A DNA stretch of 64,000 bases from an uncultured Bacteroides sp. GTDB taxonomy: Bacteria; Bacteroidota; Bacteroidia; Bacteroidales; GCA-2748055. A program made the translations under genes and the position numbers. Location: positions 11,656 to 75,655 of the forward strand of contig CAZRZY010000004.1 in NCBI GenBank assembly GCA_964604655.1, written 5' to 3'. The notes beneath the pieces are model-generated. The model was given only the letters and a program-made list of their open reading frames with translations, was not told the DNA's origin and ran no database searches. Shown one piece after another: positions 21,401-28,752 of the stretch. Every line of letters begins with the position of its first letter. Positions within the stretch are counted from its first letter, which is position 1.

Positions 21401-21978
21401 GTAAAGGTAGCCGTCACATTCTTATTACTGTTCATGGTAATACTGGCAGGATCGGCATCTCCTGTAAAGTCAACAGACCAGCCTGAAAATTCCCACCCTG
21501 GATCCGGTACCGGGGTCATCTCCACATCCGTTCCGCTCAGGTAGCTGCCTCCTGCAGGGTTGAGATCCACCGACCCCTGACCCACTACGGTGATATTGAG
21601 GCTGTAAATGTCCTGAGTGAAACTGGCGGTCACTGTCTTATCTCCGTCCATGATAATGGACTGGGGATTGGTGGAGCCCGACAGATCACCGGACCAGTTG
21701 CTGAAGGTCCAGCCCGCATCGGGTAAGGCGGTCAGCTGCACACTGGACCCACTCCCATATAAAAATTGATTGGGACTTTTTGTCACGGACCCCGATCCGT
21801 TCGAATTCACAGTTAGAGAGTAAAACTGGGCCGTCAGATTTGGCCCCGCCAGGGAAGCCGCCACTAGGACAGCCGCTGTCAGAATGAATGAAATCGATCT
21901 ACCGCCTATCTGGATACCTCTGCTTTTTATCTGGTTCATAGTAGTTGCAAATTGTGGGCAATGTTGGTTGAAATTCAT
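15442..21978 (-). CDS. Giant secreted multi-repeat surface protein with a T9SS C-terminal sorting domain
   Basis: 2178-aa ORF. The likely true start is M14 (21939), giving the signal peptide MNQIKSRGIQIGGRSISFILTAAVLVAASLAG. Next come 4 x ~72-aa InlB-B-repeat-like modules (..GW.FSGWSGD..G..NP..) and 6 x ~81-aa related modules (Y.LT..TDGTPGA.VSP). Three ~105-aa Ig-like modules follow, then Cys-containing Ig-like modules and a PKD-like motif (WNFGDPGSG...NPSH.F). Then come a MAM/jelly-roll-like region and a thioredoxin-fold-like region lacking CxxC. The tail is IYPNPARSLVNVNL...GFYVIRW...KLIKID. Confidence 0.9.
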   Translation of the reverse strand: MNFNQHCPQFATTMNQIKSRGIQIGGRSISFILTAAVLVAASLAGPNLTAQFYSLTVNSNGSGSVTKSPNQFLYGSGSSVQLTALPDAGWTFSNWSGDLSGSTNPQSIIMDGDKTVTASFTQDIYSLNITVVGQGSVDLNPAGGSYLSGTDVEMTPVPDPGWEFSGWSVDFTGDADPASITMNSNKNVTATFTEILYPLTVNSTGQGTVSLNPAGGSYTSNTTVTLTASADPGWSFSGWSGDASGTSNPTQVIMTGPKTVNATFTQNSYSLTLSTSGQGSATQNPPGPSHLSFTDVEIQATPNAGWTFTGWTGDLTSSSNPETVIMDNNKLIIANFSQNTYQLTLQTDGTPGATVSPSDPVNVAHGQNQTIIATAPAGYVFTEWKVTSGTGATIANSNLATTTVTLTQSDVTVEASFELKKYTLSVITDGTPGSAVSPSSSVQVDHGIQTGISVTSVPEGYEFLNWSVVSGTVATIDDPTNPTTTATLTQGNATIQATFVQSQYQLTVQTDETPGATVNPANPVQVVHGQSRTIIATAPVGYAFKEWVIRSGQGAAVANLELATTTITLTLEDVVVEATFERKKYFLTVITDGTAGAAVSPVNTVQVDHGQPRAITVTSTPAGYQFMQWMVSNGGGVNIANDTAQSTTVTLTQENATVQALFEQKQYSLTLVTDGTPGATVSPFVPVTVTHGQAVGISANVPTGYKFTRWVVISGNVTIGNDTLTATTATLTSTDVVLRATYELKQYTLSLTTDGTPGAAVSPSVPVRVQHGIPYPIEVTTVPVGYKFRNWNLINGTAAFGNDTLESTTATLSFGDATARANFQKVLQVLNVQITNQTMKIGDMVTVTFTVSNDAGTPYSLLSGTIGGYPLNNFLRQNATTYRASFTIVEGGNSYPALADIPVVNLILSDGTIQNPPYNKPIIQNNDAIDAKYPVINSMTVAATMAKVGDVVRLNINADGTGYTSHPNTTINGISITEPNVTFTELTNGNYRLNYTVREGDDNVAAGELAASVILVKPSGNVRLVPYTLIEPNNLEIDAQSPVVTRLEVSQEEVGVGGTVQLVISADGEGYTGASGTVINGVPISSSRVSLVEQTPGLYVLNYMVGKDDNEVATGELKASVVMTDEAGNNSTAYSTIVDNELEIYTDLPGATLAGPPAVCEDEPAQLTVFLSGRAPWGFDLNDGTTVTSYKFINEPQYKIPISLAQTTTFSVDSVWDRNAVVNAGSGSIQVLVNEKADLQIMNIAPGYNVEDPPFELMGVPSGGTFTGPGVVPATGFFYPDVAGTENSPHQIYYTYENESGCLSVDSALVFVLAAEGDIFIPDSIFCNNSEPVTITASNLAGATGSFTLADLTGNEVAGMTDNGDNTALLSPALLSEGSYVVVYEYSDGVALFLEDTFAVRSVEIPEIIDLDTVFCQNDPPVELTSTVPNSIFSGPGVSGSIDGGFMFYPDSVKATRITLVCTVTDAGCSASAEQEITIRLAPKVGFDLSPTCISDDGGEVIFSNTTGDKLQVEKWLWNFGDPGSGEENLSTEINPSHFFANPGPRSISLTATTYNGCVVTNVMDTVLGNQPVADFTWESNCYAGEAGTTFLNRSSSEFSPLAGTKFVFRSSDGLVLGDVVSETHLETANFIFGQAGEYEVELRVESASGCIDTAVQTLSLSPTVVASPDGFTESFNEDMGQWSPRPDKMESSWTWDEPDWDGFSSTSGDKAWYTDLQDAGVTYEEYSWLQSPCYDLSAMDRPMIKMEIMKSFASGNGAVLQYMDQLEEGWKTVGSESTGIGWYNNDNVSLPDGSTDGWGWDVFNPDEDWVTAAHNLDDIADSPYVIFRIALTMKGEETNGNQGFAFDNLLVAERSKRAVLEHFTNSSDPASKAADDVIDQFGSGSSGDVVHIQYHMDYPGFDPMNENNPVAASTRSFNYGIPQVPYAVLDGGISEEYRYDFSGLKTTPSMESAMWLTLQEPLFDVELEVNWLEGLLETTATVTCNVDSYEENIQLYVVIFETSVTAYAGLNGDTLFRNVVLDMLPTPAGKLLGNNWVKGNSVSQTESWLFQPYVEDEEDLAVVAFVQDRTTKQILQADVKYKSPQVGTPERTEGPGELHIYPNPARSLVNVNLGRDQAGEGRLEIIDMNGRLALQQYLPPGYQVIQMDIAPLQRGFYVIRWYEEGSVKGLAKLIKID
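19494..21822 (-). repeat. Ten tandem coding repeats (4 x ~216 nt, then 6 x ~245 nt) in the 5' third of the giant gene
   Basis: The protein-level periodicity listed for 15442..21978 maps to these coordinates. The units are diverged at the DNA level but clearly homologous (for example, recurring ...ccggtgtaccgtccgt / ccggcgtgccatccgt... segments). Confidence 0.8.
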
Positions 21979-22292
21979 GACTCAGGCAATATAATCGGGC
22001 TGGAGCTCTTTACCAAACCGGTCATTTTAGCATCTTTTTGTGAAAGATGTATCTAATTGTTTATCAATTATTTAATTCATTAGTTTGTAGCTGGGCACAG
22101 CCCGAAAGAATATTTCTACATGCTCAATGCCGGACTTAGACGCCTTCTGGCCTCAGTTGATAAAAATCCAAACCTGTTAGCCTCACCCATTCTATCAGCC
22201 CCTTCTCCCTGTAACCTCTGTCAATAATAGATTTCTTGATTAAAAGATCGAATATATTGATGAATGAAGCGCCTGTCAGGTGCGGGTTGAAA

Positions 22293-25200
22293 TCAGTTAG
22301 AGTAGATAACCAATCGTTCCGCTTTGGATTTGGAGCCCAAAATCAGGATTACCGTGTAAATTCCGCTTCTCATCAGGTCAGACAGATCAAACTCTTTTTC
22401 GTAGGATTCCAAGGTTTCACCCAGGTCAAGCGCTTCGGAATAAATGACCTGACCGGACATATCTACCACTCTAAAAAAGGCTTCCTCCGACTCGTTGGAG
22501 TTGTCCTCAAAGGAGAAATGAAAACTGCCCTCGGAAGGATTGGGCACCACTGCAATCTCCAGACTGTCGCTGCCGGTAAAGTCCCGCACATTACGTATCA
22601 TCACATCTTCCACCTCCCCGTAAACGATTCCCTGATCGGTTCTCACAAAAGGAGAAAAGTAATAGGACTTGTTGGTTTGCAGAGACTCCAGGTTCACAAC
22701 GAAATGAAGATTTCCGAACCCCGCATCGTAGTGTTGCATGACCTCCGGTTCCTTCATGGCTTTATCATAAATCGCGACCAGGTAGTAGATTCCATTCCAC
22801 GGTCGCTCTTCCGATATTTCATTGGCCAGAGCGAAACGGTTGTCTGAACCCCAATCCGACAGTTTGCCGGGCCTGAGTCCGGAGTACTTCAGTTGTCCGT
22901 TCACCCAAATATTCTCTTTACCCCCTGCGTCCCTGGAGTAAATAAAATGGTGCAGACCGAGTGTGAAAAAGCCCTGCTCTGTCATGATCTCCGGTAATCC
23001 ATTCTCATCCTCTGTATCGCTGGTATTGAGCCTGACGGTATAATCGAACTCCGTGATGGTCCCTTCGTGACCGATCGTAAAAGCTCTGCTGCTGTTACCA
23101 GTGGAGAGCGTCAGTATTCTGGCGGGTCCGGTCTGTTTCAGCTTCGCCTGCTTGATCCAGGCTTCCAGGGTAACCTCATTGGATTGGGAGATTGCATTAA
23201 TCAACCGTTGCGGGGATTCCTGTGAGTAGATCATGGTATTACCGGTCACCTCCAGCCCCTGCCCCGGAAGCCAGTATGTGTTCAGTTGCTTATTGATAAT
23301 AAGGTCCAGAGGATCCTCATTCCCGGACCTGTCCAGTACCCTGTTTCCCTGACCCTCTGAAAAATCATAGAAAGCCAGAAGGTTAGAGGTCAGCCTTTGG
23401 TCATGAGACACCGAATCCCCTCCCGGTTCTCCGTAAAATATGATGCCCGTTTCTATCCCGGCAGGGTCTTCGGTAAAGAGTACTCCGTAATCCTGCAACT
23501 CCGTATGACCAAGGGACTGCATCCTGGAGACAGTCTCCACGGCGGAAGCACTCTTTTTCACCGAAACCGTTTCGACCTCGGGCATGGTCGGATCGATGGA
23601 TACATCTGGATTTACTGTAGTTGCCGTAAGCACCTGGGACCTGTCGCTTTCATTGGACTCCGCATCATATGCTGAAACAGCCATATTATAGGTGATACCC
23701 GGATTCAACTGCCTAATGTTAAATGAATTATCGGCAGTCTCTCCCTTCAGCAATCCATTGGCAAAAACCTTATAACCAGTAACTCCAACATTGTCCGATG
23801 AGCTGTTCCATGTGATCTGAATCGAATTGCTGGATATATTGATTGCTCTCAATCCTGTGGGTATCGAGGGCGGAATATTGTCTGCCTCCACAGTGGTCCC
23901 TATGATCGGTTCGGAAGGTGCGCTCTCATTCGGCACCACATCATAGGCACTCACAGTAATGGTGTAATCCGTGTTAGGCGATAGTCCGGATATGGCAAAA
24001 TCGCTGGAAACAGAAGATCCTATCCTTGAACCGTTCAAGTAAATATTATAACCTTCGACTGAAACGTTATCTAAGGAAGGCTCCCAGGACAGGAATATGG
24101 AACTCCCTGTTACCCCTGTGATTGCCAAACCTTGAGGAACAGTCGGAGGTTCCACATCAGCATCAAGCGTGGTTTCGGTAATGGAGGTCGATTTTGCACT
24201 TTCATTGGAGGCAGCATCGAAAGCTGATACGGAGATCTGGTAGGTGGTGCTGGGTAAAAGCTGGCTGAGGGTATAATCCCGGGAGGTGGTTGATCCGTTG
24301 AATACACCGTTCAGAAAAACCCGATATCCGGTGACTGCCCTGTTGTCTGTGGAGGTATTCCAGCTTACGTCAATGGTATTCACATTACGTCCGGTGCTTG
24401 TTAAACCGGTTGGAACCGAGGGTGCCTCCACATCTAGCTCTCCCTGTGACATCGAGATGGTCCCTTCCCAACCACGTTCATGATCATATTTATTCGTAGA
24501 GAACCGAACGAAGAGATACCTTCCGGAACTTTCTACCACTTCACCGGATCCTGAGAAATAGCCCTTGATGATCTTTAGAAGCTTTGAATCTGACGAATTA
24601 CCATCATAAATGAAAAGATAATCTTTACTTCCGACCTGAAAGAAATCCAGAGATAGGGTTACGGTATTCCCCGGACCGGCATCAATCAGGTAAGCTTCAT
24701 CAATACAGCCGCTATAGTAGCTTCCGTATTCACGATTGGATATCTTTCCTTCTCTCGTAATAAGCTGGTCGAAATGGACTCTGCGGTCAGTGATTTCAAA
24801 CGGAGTTTCCAAAATGGCACTCGGATCGTGCAGTCTTCGACCTGTAACAAGATCATCCGGAGATGTGTAAACGGCTATATTGTCAATGTATGCATAGCTT
24901 TCAGAATTAGGTTTATAAACATCGGTATCGCCGCCGTAGAAATTAGAAAGCAGCAGAGCATCTATCCTCATCGTAGGATCGTCATCCTGCATCATCTTCA
25001 GGTTATCTATCCTAAAGATCATTCTCCCATCGACCCATAGCTCTTTAATACCGTTTGCCATTGCAGTGCCATTCTCTATGGTATTGATCACTAAACGTTG
25101 TGTGATATTGTACCATGTACCGTTTAAAAAATATATGGGATTATAATCATACCTCTCCACGGACCAGGGAACATACCCTGTAGTTCTGTCCCTGTGATAA

Positions 25201-25817
25201 GAAATCATCCTTCCACCAGGCTTAAACATATTGATGGCCCAGAAACCGTGCCCCTCAACCGGAACAACAAAAGGCCAAGGGAGTTTCGGCAGACCGCTTA
25301 ATCCGGGCATTTTGCCGCCTTCCGTAGAATTGAATTCATCACCAAATTTGAAATTGTAAGTGAGATATACCTCTTCGAAATCCCGCTCCAGGTCAACCTG
25401 CATTTCAAACCCATCCCATACGGTCTCGGCAGGATGCGTTATCCTCATTACCTTGGTGGGCTCATCATTGATGGTATCAATGACTATGGTAGCACGGTCG
25501 TGAGAATATAATTCGACCGCATTGAAATCATCAAGTATTTCTTCATTTGAATAGAATCCAAGTTCCTCATTCTCAAAGTTCCAAAGGTTATGGATGGCAA
25601 ATTCCTGCAGGCTGCTTGCTCTTCTTATGGGTGATCGCGGAACAGTGTCTGAAAGGAAAGCCGTTTCGTTTCTGCCACTATCTCCCTGCTCAAGTGAAGA
25701 AATCGGACCGAATCCAAAGCTTTTCACTGATAATATCGAATGTACACCAATAGACACAGTGATCAACACCCATAGACCTGTCCACTTCCACCTAGCTTTT
25801 TCCATTTCACGATTCAC
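22293..25817 (-). CDS. Secreted multidomain protein: polysaccharide-lyase-like jelly roll, CUB-like domain, 3 x fibronectin type III, LamG-like domain, T9SS sorting tail
   Basis: 1174 aa with an N-terminal hydrophobic signal (WTGLWVLITVSIGVHS). The aa ~95-320 region carries EGGKMPGLSG and WVDGRMIF. The aa ~345-457 region looks CUB-like (DYLFIYDGNSSDSKLL..I.G.......V.SSGRYLFVRFSTN....ERGW.G.I). The aa 463-738 region holds three FN3 units (P..P.GL......S..I.(V/I/L)(S/T)W..S.DN..V.GY.....G.......Y....L.P.T.Y...V.A.D...NES). A LamG-like region follows (LAFYDFSEG.GN.V.D.SG). The tail is VVPNPSEGSFHFSF...GIYTVIL...RLVIYSN. Confidence 0.88.
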   Translation of the reverse strand: MNREMEKARWKWTGLWVLITVSIGVHSILSVKSFGFGPISSLEQGDSGRNETAFLSDTVPRSPIRRASSLQEFAIHNLWNFENEELGFYSNEEILDDFNAVELYSHDRATIVIDTINDEPTKVMRITHPAETVWDGFEMQVDLERDFEEVYLTYNFKFGDEFNSTEGGKMPGLSGLPKLPWPFVVPVEGHGFWAINMFKPGGRMISYHRDRTTGYVPWSVERYDYNPIYFLNGTWYNITQRLVINTIENGTAMANGIKELWVDGRMIFRIDNLKMMQDDDPTMRIDALLLSNFYGGDTDVYKPNSESYAYIDNIAVYTSPDDLVTGRRLHDPSAILETPFEITDRRVHFDQLITREGKISNREYGSYYSGCIDEAYLIDAGPGNTVTLSLDFFQVGSKDYLFIYDGNSSDSKLLKIIKGYFSGSGEVVESSGRYLFVRFSTNKYDHERGWEGTISMSQGELDVEAPSVPTGLTSTGRNVNTIDVSWNTSTDNRAVTGYRVFLNGVFNGSTTSRDYTLSQLLPSTTYQISVSAFDAASNESAKSTSITETTLDADVEPPTVPQGLAITGVTGSSIFLSWEPSLDNVSVEGYNIYLNGSRIGSSVSSDFAISGLSPNTDYTITVSAYDVVPNESAPSEPIIGTTVEADNIPPSIPTGLRAINISSNSIQITWNSSSDNVGVTGYKVFANGLLKGETADNSFNIRQLNPGITYNMAVSAYDAESNESDRSQVLTATTVNPDVSIDPTMPEVETVSVKKSASAVETVSRMQSLGHTELQDYGVLFTEDPAGIETGIIFYGEPGGDSVSHDQRLTSNLLAFYDFSEGQGNRVLDRSGNEDPLDLIINKQLNTYWLPGQGLEVTGNTMIYSQESPQRLINAISQSNEVTLEAWIKQAKLKQTGPARILTLSTGNSSRAFTIGHEGTITEFDYTVRLNTSDTEDENGLPEIMTEQGFFTLGLHHFIYSRDAGGKENIWVNGQLKYSGLRPGKLSDWGSDNRFALANEISEERPWNGIYYLVAIYDKAMKEPEVMQHYDAGFGNLHFVVNLESLQTNKSYYFSPFVRTDQGIVYGEVEDVMIRNVRDFTGSDSLEIAVVPNPSEGSFHFSFEDNSNESEEAFFRVVDMSGQVIYSEALDLGETLESYEKEFDLSDLMRSGIYTVILILGSKSKAERLVIYSN

Positions 25818-25896
25818 AAATCCATTCTTCCATTCACAAAACCACTATCTGTCAGAATGATAGCACAAGCTTTTGTGCGGGGCGTAACAAACAGCA

Positions 25897-25923
25897 CAAA
25901 GATATTATATTTCATGTTTCCAA
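25897..25923 (-). promoter_or_regulatory. Candidate promoter for the 22293..25817 gene (-7 TATCTTTG; TTG 16 nt upstream)
   Basis: The minus strand has a perfect TAnnTTTG (25904..25897) about 80 nt upstream of the ATG at 25817. A TTG lies at 25923..25921, but the 16-nt spacer is shorter than the usual ~19 nt. The call rests on the motif only. Confidence 0.3.
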
Positions 25924-26061
25924 ACAGACAATACAGATTATTAAACGATGAAATCATATGAATGTTTCAAAGTTGTCCTTCCCATATAGGTTGCAAACTA
26001 TGAGTAGCGTCCTATTACCTTCGCATTGTTAAAAATCTAATAAATACTTACCCGTTCTGAT

Positions 26062-27576
26062 CTATCGATCCAATTTGAGCAAATACTTCAACGTGGAAAT
26101 CATGCGATAGGAAAACATCCCCAGGCCCATTCTTGATAGCAAGGATACCACTCTGTTTTTATAAGTTGGATTCACAGGGACTGTCAACGCATCGGACCAC
26201 AAATACTCAATCATCTTCTTAAGAATGGCGGGGTTGGACAGCAAACGGAGTTTTCCCGGCATTGGCCACAAAAGGCTCAGCAAATACCGGGAATTAAAAG
26301 GACGGATCTCTTCCCTGACGATATCCTGTTCTGCTGCTGTAAGCGAACACCAATTGCTCGCCTCCTGCTCGATCTGATAAAGATCAAGAATATCAATATG
26401 GTGAGAATTACAAAGACTTTCCGACTCTTTCACCCATTCGTTCAACTCCTTTACTGCAAAACTATTATTCCCAAAATTAACCAGCTGTGCAATTTTTTCC
26501 CCGTTCAGTCCTTTCATGAAAAAAGGCAAGTAATAGTATTTTCTTGCGCTTCCTTCTGACAGATTGCCGCTTACCGTGTAGGTATGATCATATTTTCTTT
26601 TATACCCAAAGAAAAAAATGGGATATAGCAGATCATGTGCGCGGTAGTTATTCCTTTTGTAGAACTTCCTGAATCTGGCGTCATCTTTCACTTCCTCTAT
26701 TTCAAGGATGTTCAATTTGAAATCAAGGGCCTGAGATAGCTTTCTTGCAATTTGGAGATCCTTGCTTTCCCCGTCCACATTCTTCGAACTGTTAATATAG
26801 AAGAAAACTTTGTCTTTCAAAGATTTTGATGCGGCTACCAGCAATCGGGTATCCCATCCAGCTGTAACTCCAATATGTAAAGGTCCTCGCTTGAAAGCAG
26901 TCTCCAGGGAGTTCCTGATATAATTTCCGGCCTCCTTGGCAACCTGTTCTGGGTCACCTTTTTCCAATGGTTTCTCCGGCCAGAACCTTTGGACTTTGCC
27001 AGTATGCAGATCCAGTTGATGGTTGGGTGGCAGTTTATAAATATTTCTGTAGATGGTTTTATTGCCCACCCAGGTGAAAGAGTTGTTTATATATTCTTTG
27101 GAACTGAGGAATTTTAGTGGCCCGGGGTCAGGGGAGGGCTCTGCTCCGATGTATTCCTTGATAATATCAGGGGTAGATCCGCAATGAACATTTCCTTTCT
27201 CCCTTAGAAAATGAAGTTCCCTGAAACCGGTAGCATCATTGATGATCCGTAGCCCGTCTGTTGTCACATACAAAAAAAGGAACCTTCCGTTAAGCAGATG
27301 TGTTTCGCGAACGATTGAAATCATTGAATATAAACCGTTGAGCCGCTCAACGACGTCCTGGCTAGTAGCCTGAATGGAGAAAGGGTCCAGACAATATCCC
27401 AGAAGAATGAGAGTAGCATGCTCCCTGTACGACTCACTTACCTCCAGATCAGGATGGGTATAGAGATTCCAGCTTTCTCCTGGTTGGCGAATCTCCCTGT
27501 GATTCCAGTGAGACTTTAACTTCGGAACTGCTTCCCGACTCAATAGGAATTGTCGTCTGAATAATAGTTCTTCCAT
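26062..27576 (-). CDS. Asparagine-synthetase-like (AsnB-fold) protein with no N-terminal Cys and a degenerate PP-loop
   Basis: 504 aa. The N-terminal region shows AsnB-like strand patterns (GRFLFLYVTTDGLRIINDATGFRELHF, compare G.fa....d....l...rD..G.kPLyy). The segment PLHIGVTAGWDTRLLVAAS at aa 232-250 sits where AsnB has the SGGLDSS PP-loop. The protein starts MEELLF, so it lacks the Cys nucleophile. Confidence 0.6.
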   Translation of the reverse strand: MEELLFRRQFLLSREAVPKLKSHWNHREIRQPGESWNLYTHPDLEVSESYREHATLILLGYCLDPFSIQATSQDVVERLNGLYSMISIVRETHLLNGRFLFLYVTTDGLRIINDATGFRELHFLREKGNVHCGSTPDIIKEYIGAEPSPDPGPLKFLSSKEYINNSFTWVGNKTIYRNIYKLPPNHQLDLHTGKVQRFWPEKPLEKGDPEQVAKEAGNYIRNSLETAFKRGPLHIGVTAGWDTRLLVAASKSLKDKVFFYINSSKNVDGESKDLQIARKLSQALDFKLNILEIEEVKDDARFRKFYKRNNYRAHDLLYPIFFFGYKRKYDHTYTVSGNLSEGSARKYYYLPFFMKGLNGEKIAQLVNFGNNSFAVKELNEWVKESESLCNSHHIDILDLYQIEQEASNWCSLTAAEQDIVREEIRPFNSRYLLSLLWPMPGKLRLLSNPAILKKMIEYLWSDALTVPVNPTYKNRVVSLLSRMGLGMFSYRMISTLKYLLKLDR

Positions 27577-27623
27577 AACTATCCTGAATTATCCCCATTA
27601 ATCAGATGGGGTCATCATTGTTT

Positions 27624-28742
27624 TCAGAGATATCGCAACCATTGGTAACCTGGGTCCCTTCTCTTTCGGATTTTATATTCACGGTACTTCAGGCTCGCTA
27701 AGATGAGCGGAATAAGCATTATGATATAAATTGTGAAGAAGGCAGGAATGCCCGGGTTGGCATTAAATACCAGGAAGTAGAGCTTCGAAACTACCCGGAT
27801 AAAGGGTATATGGAAAAGATAGAAAAACATCGCAACCTGCCCTACTTTGACAAGGATTCCAACATTATCCGGAGTTCTTTTTTCAAAGACAGCCAGGAGA
27901 AGGAGTGCGGGTCCCAGGGTAGAGAGTGTAAACAGAAAGGAGGGAGGATACTTAGTCACATTTAAAAAAGACATGAGCGTATATATGCCCCCCCGGGCCT
28001 GTTCCTGCCATTCAGATGGATCACCGTAAAGATTGTACCATCTCAATAACACAAACAATAGAATCATCCCTCCGCCCGTAATGACGAAAAGCCTTCTTCT
28101 CAGGATGGGATCCCGCGAATACAATATGCCTGTGCAATAACCAAGGAGCATGATTCCCAAATAAGGGAACAAACTGTACAACACATTGATCCTGAAACCT
28201 TCGGATAAAACAATATCGCCCGGCCGATGAAGAAACATCAGCAGGATCCGGCCCACGGAGGAATCGGGAGGCAGAATGACAGTTTCGAGCAGATGATGGA
28301 ATATGACCACGATGAGAGAGATCCCCAGGTTAATGAGGAGAGGAACGTAGATCAATGCGGCCATGCAAAGAAATGATACACCAATGATCCATATTACCTG
28401 CAACTGAATAACGTCAAAATGGGTATGCCAAAAAAAAGTGAGAAGCGTTGCTTCGAGTATGATCAGAAAGAGACCGCGTTTTATTAAAGTAGCCGCCAAT
28501 TCCTTGAGACTGCCTCGTTTTTTCTGAACAAGGTATATGCTTATTCCAGCCAGAAATACAAAAACCGGTGAACAGATGTTGGTAATCCACCGGGTGAAAA
28601 AGAGGGAGGGAAATGTAAGGGACAGATTGGTTGGTGCAAAATCGTGGTGCAGGAAAAAATGTCTGGAATGACCGAGGACCATCAGGACGATCACCAATCC
28701 CCTCAGGAAATCCACCGAATAGACCCTGTCCTGGTCTTTCAT
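27624..28742 (-). CDS. DUF1624 / heparan-alpha-glucosaminide N-acetyltransferase-like (HGSNAT-type) integral membrane acyltransferase
   Basis: R.YSVDFLRGLVIVLMVLGHSRHFF is the signature opening of the DUF1624/HGSNAT catalytic domain, and about 10 hydrophobic helices follow. I chose the start at M14 (ATG 28742..28740). The longest ORF (to 28781) would overlap the upstream gene. Confidence 0.75.
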   Translation of the reverse strand: MKDQDRVYSVDFLRGLVIVLMVLGHSRHFFLHHDFAPTNLSLTFPSLFFTRWITNICSPVFVFLAGISIYLVQKKRGSLKELAATLIKRGLFLIILEATLLTFFWHTHFDVIQLQVIWIIGVSFLCMAALIYVPLLINLGISLIVVIFHHLLETVILPPDSSVGRILLMFLHRPGDIVLSEGFRINVLYSLFPYLGIMLLGYCTGILYSRDPILRRRLFVITGGGMILLFVLLRWYNLYGDPSEWQEQARGGIYTLMSFLNVTKYPPSFLFTLSTLGPALLLLAVFEKRTPDNVGILVKVGQVAMFFYLFHIPFIRVVSKLYFLVFNANPGIPAFFTIYIIMLIPLILASLKYREYKIRKRRDPGYQWLRYL

Positions 28743-28752
28743 TCCGGATCCT

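Noticed and set aside
19494-21822. Regular ~216/245-nt periodicity that could be mistaken for a repeat array or CRISPR-like structure
   Set aside because: The units are contiguous, with no spacers. They are in frame within one long ORF and encode homologous protein domains. No short direct repeats alternating with unique spacers exist anywhere in the window.
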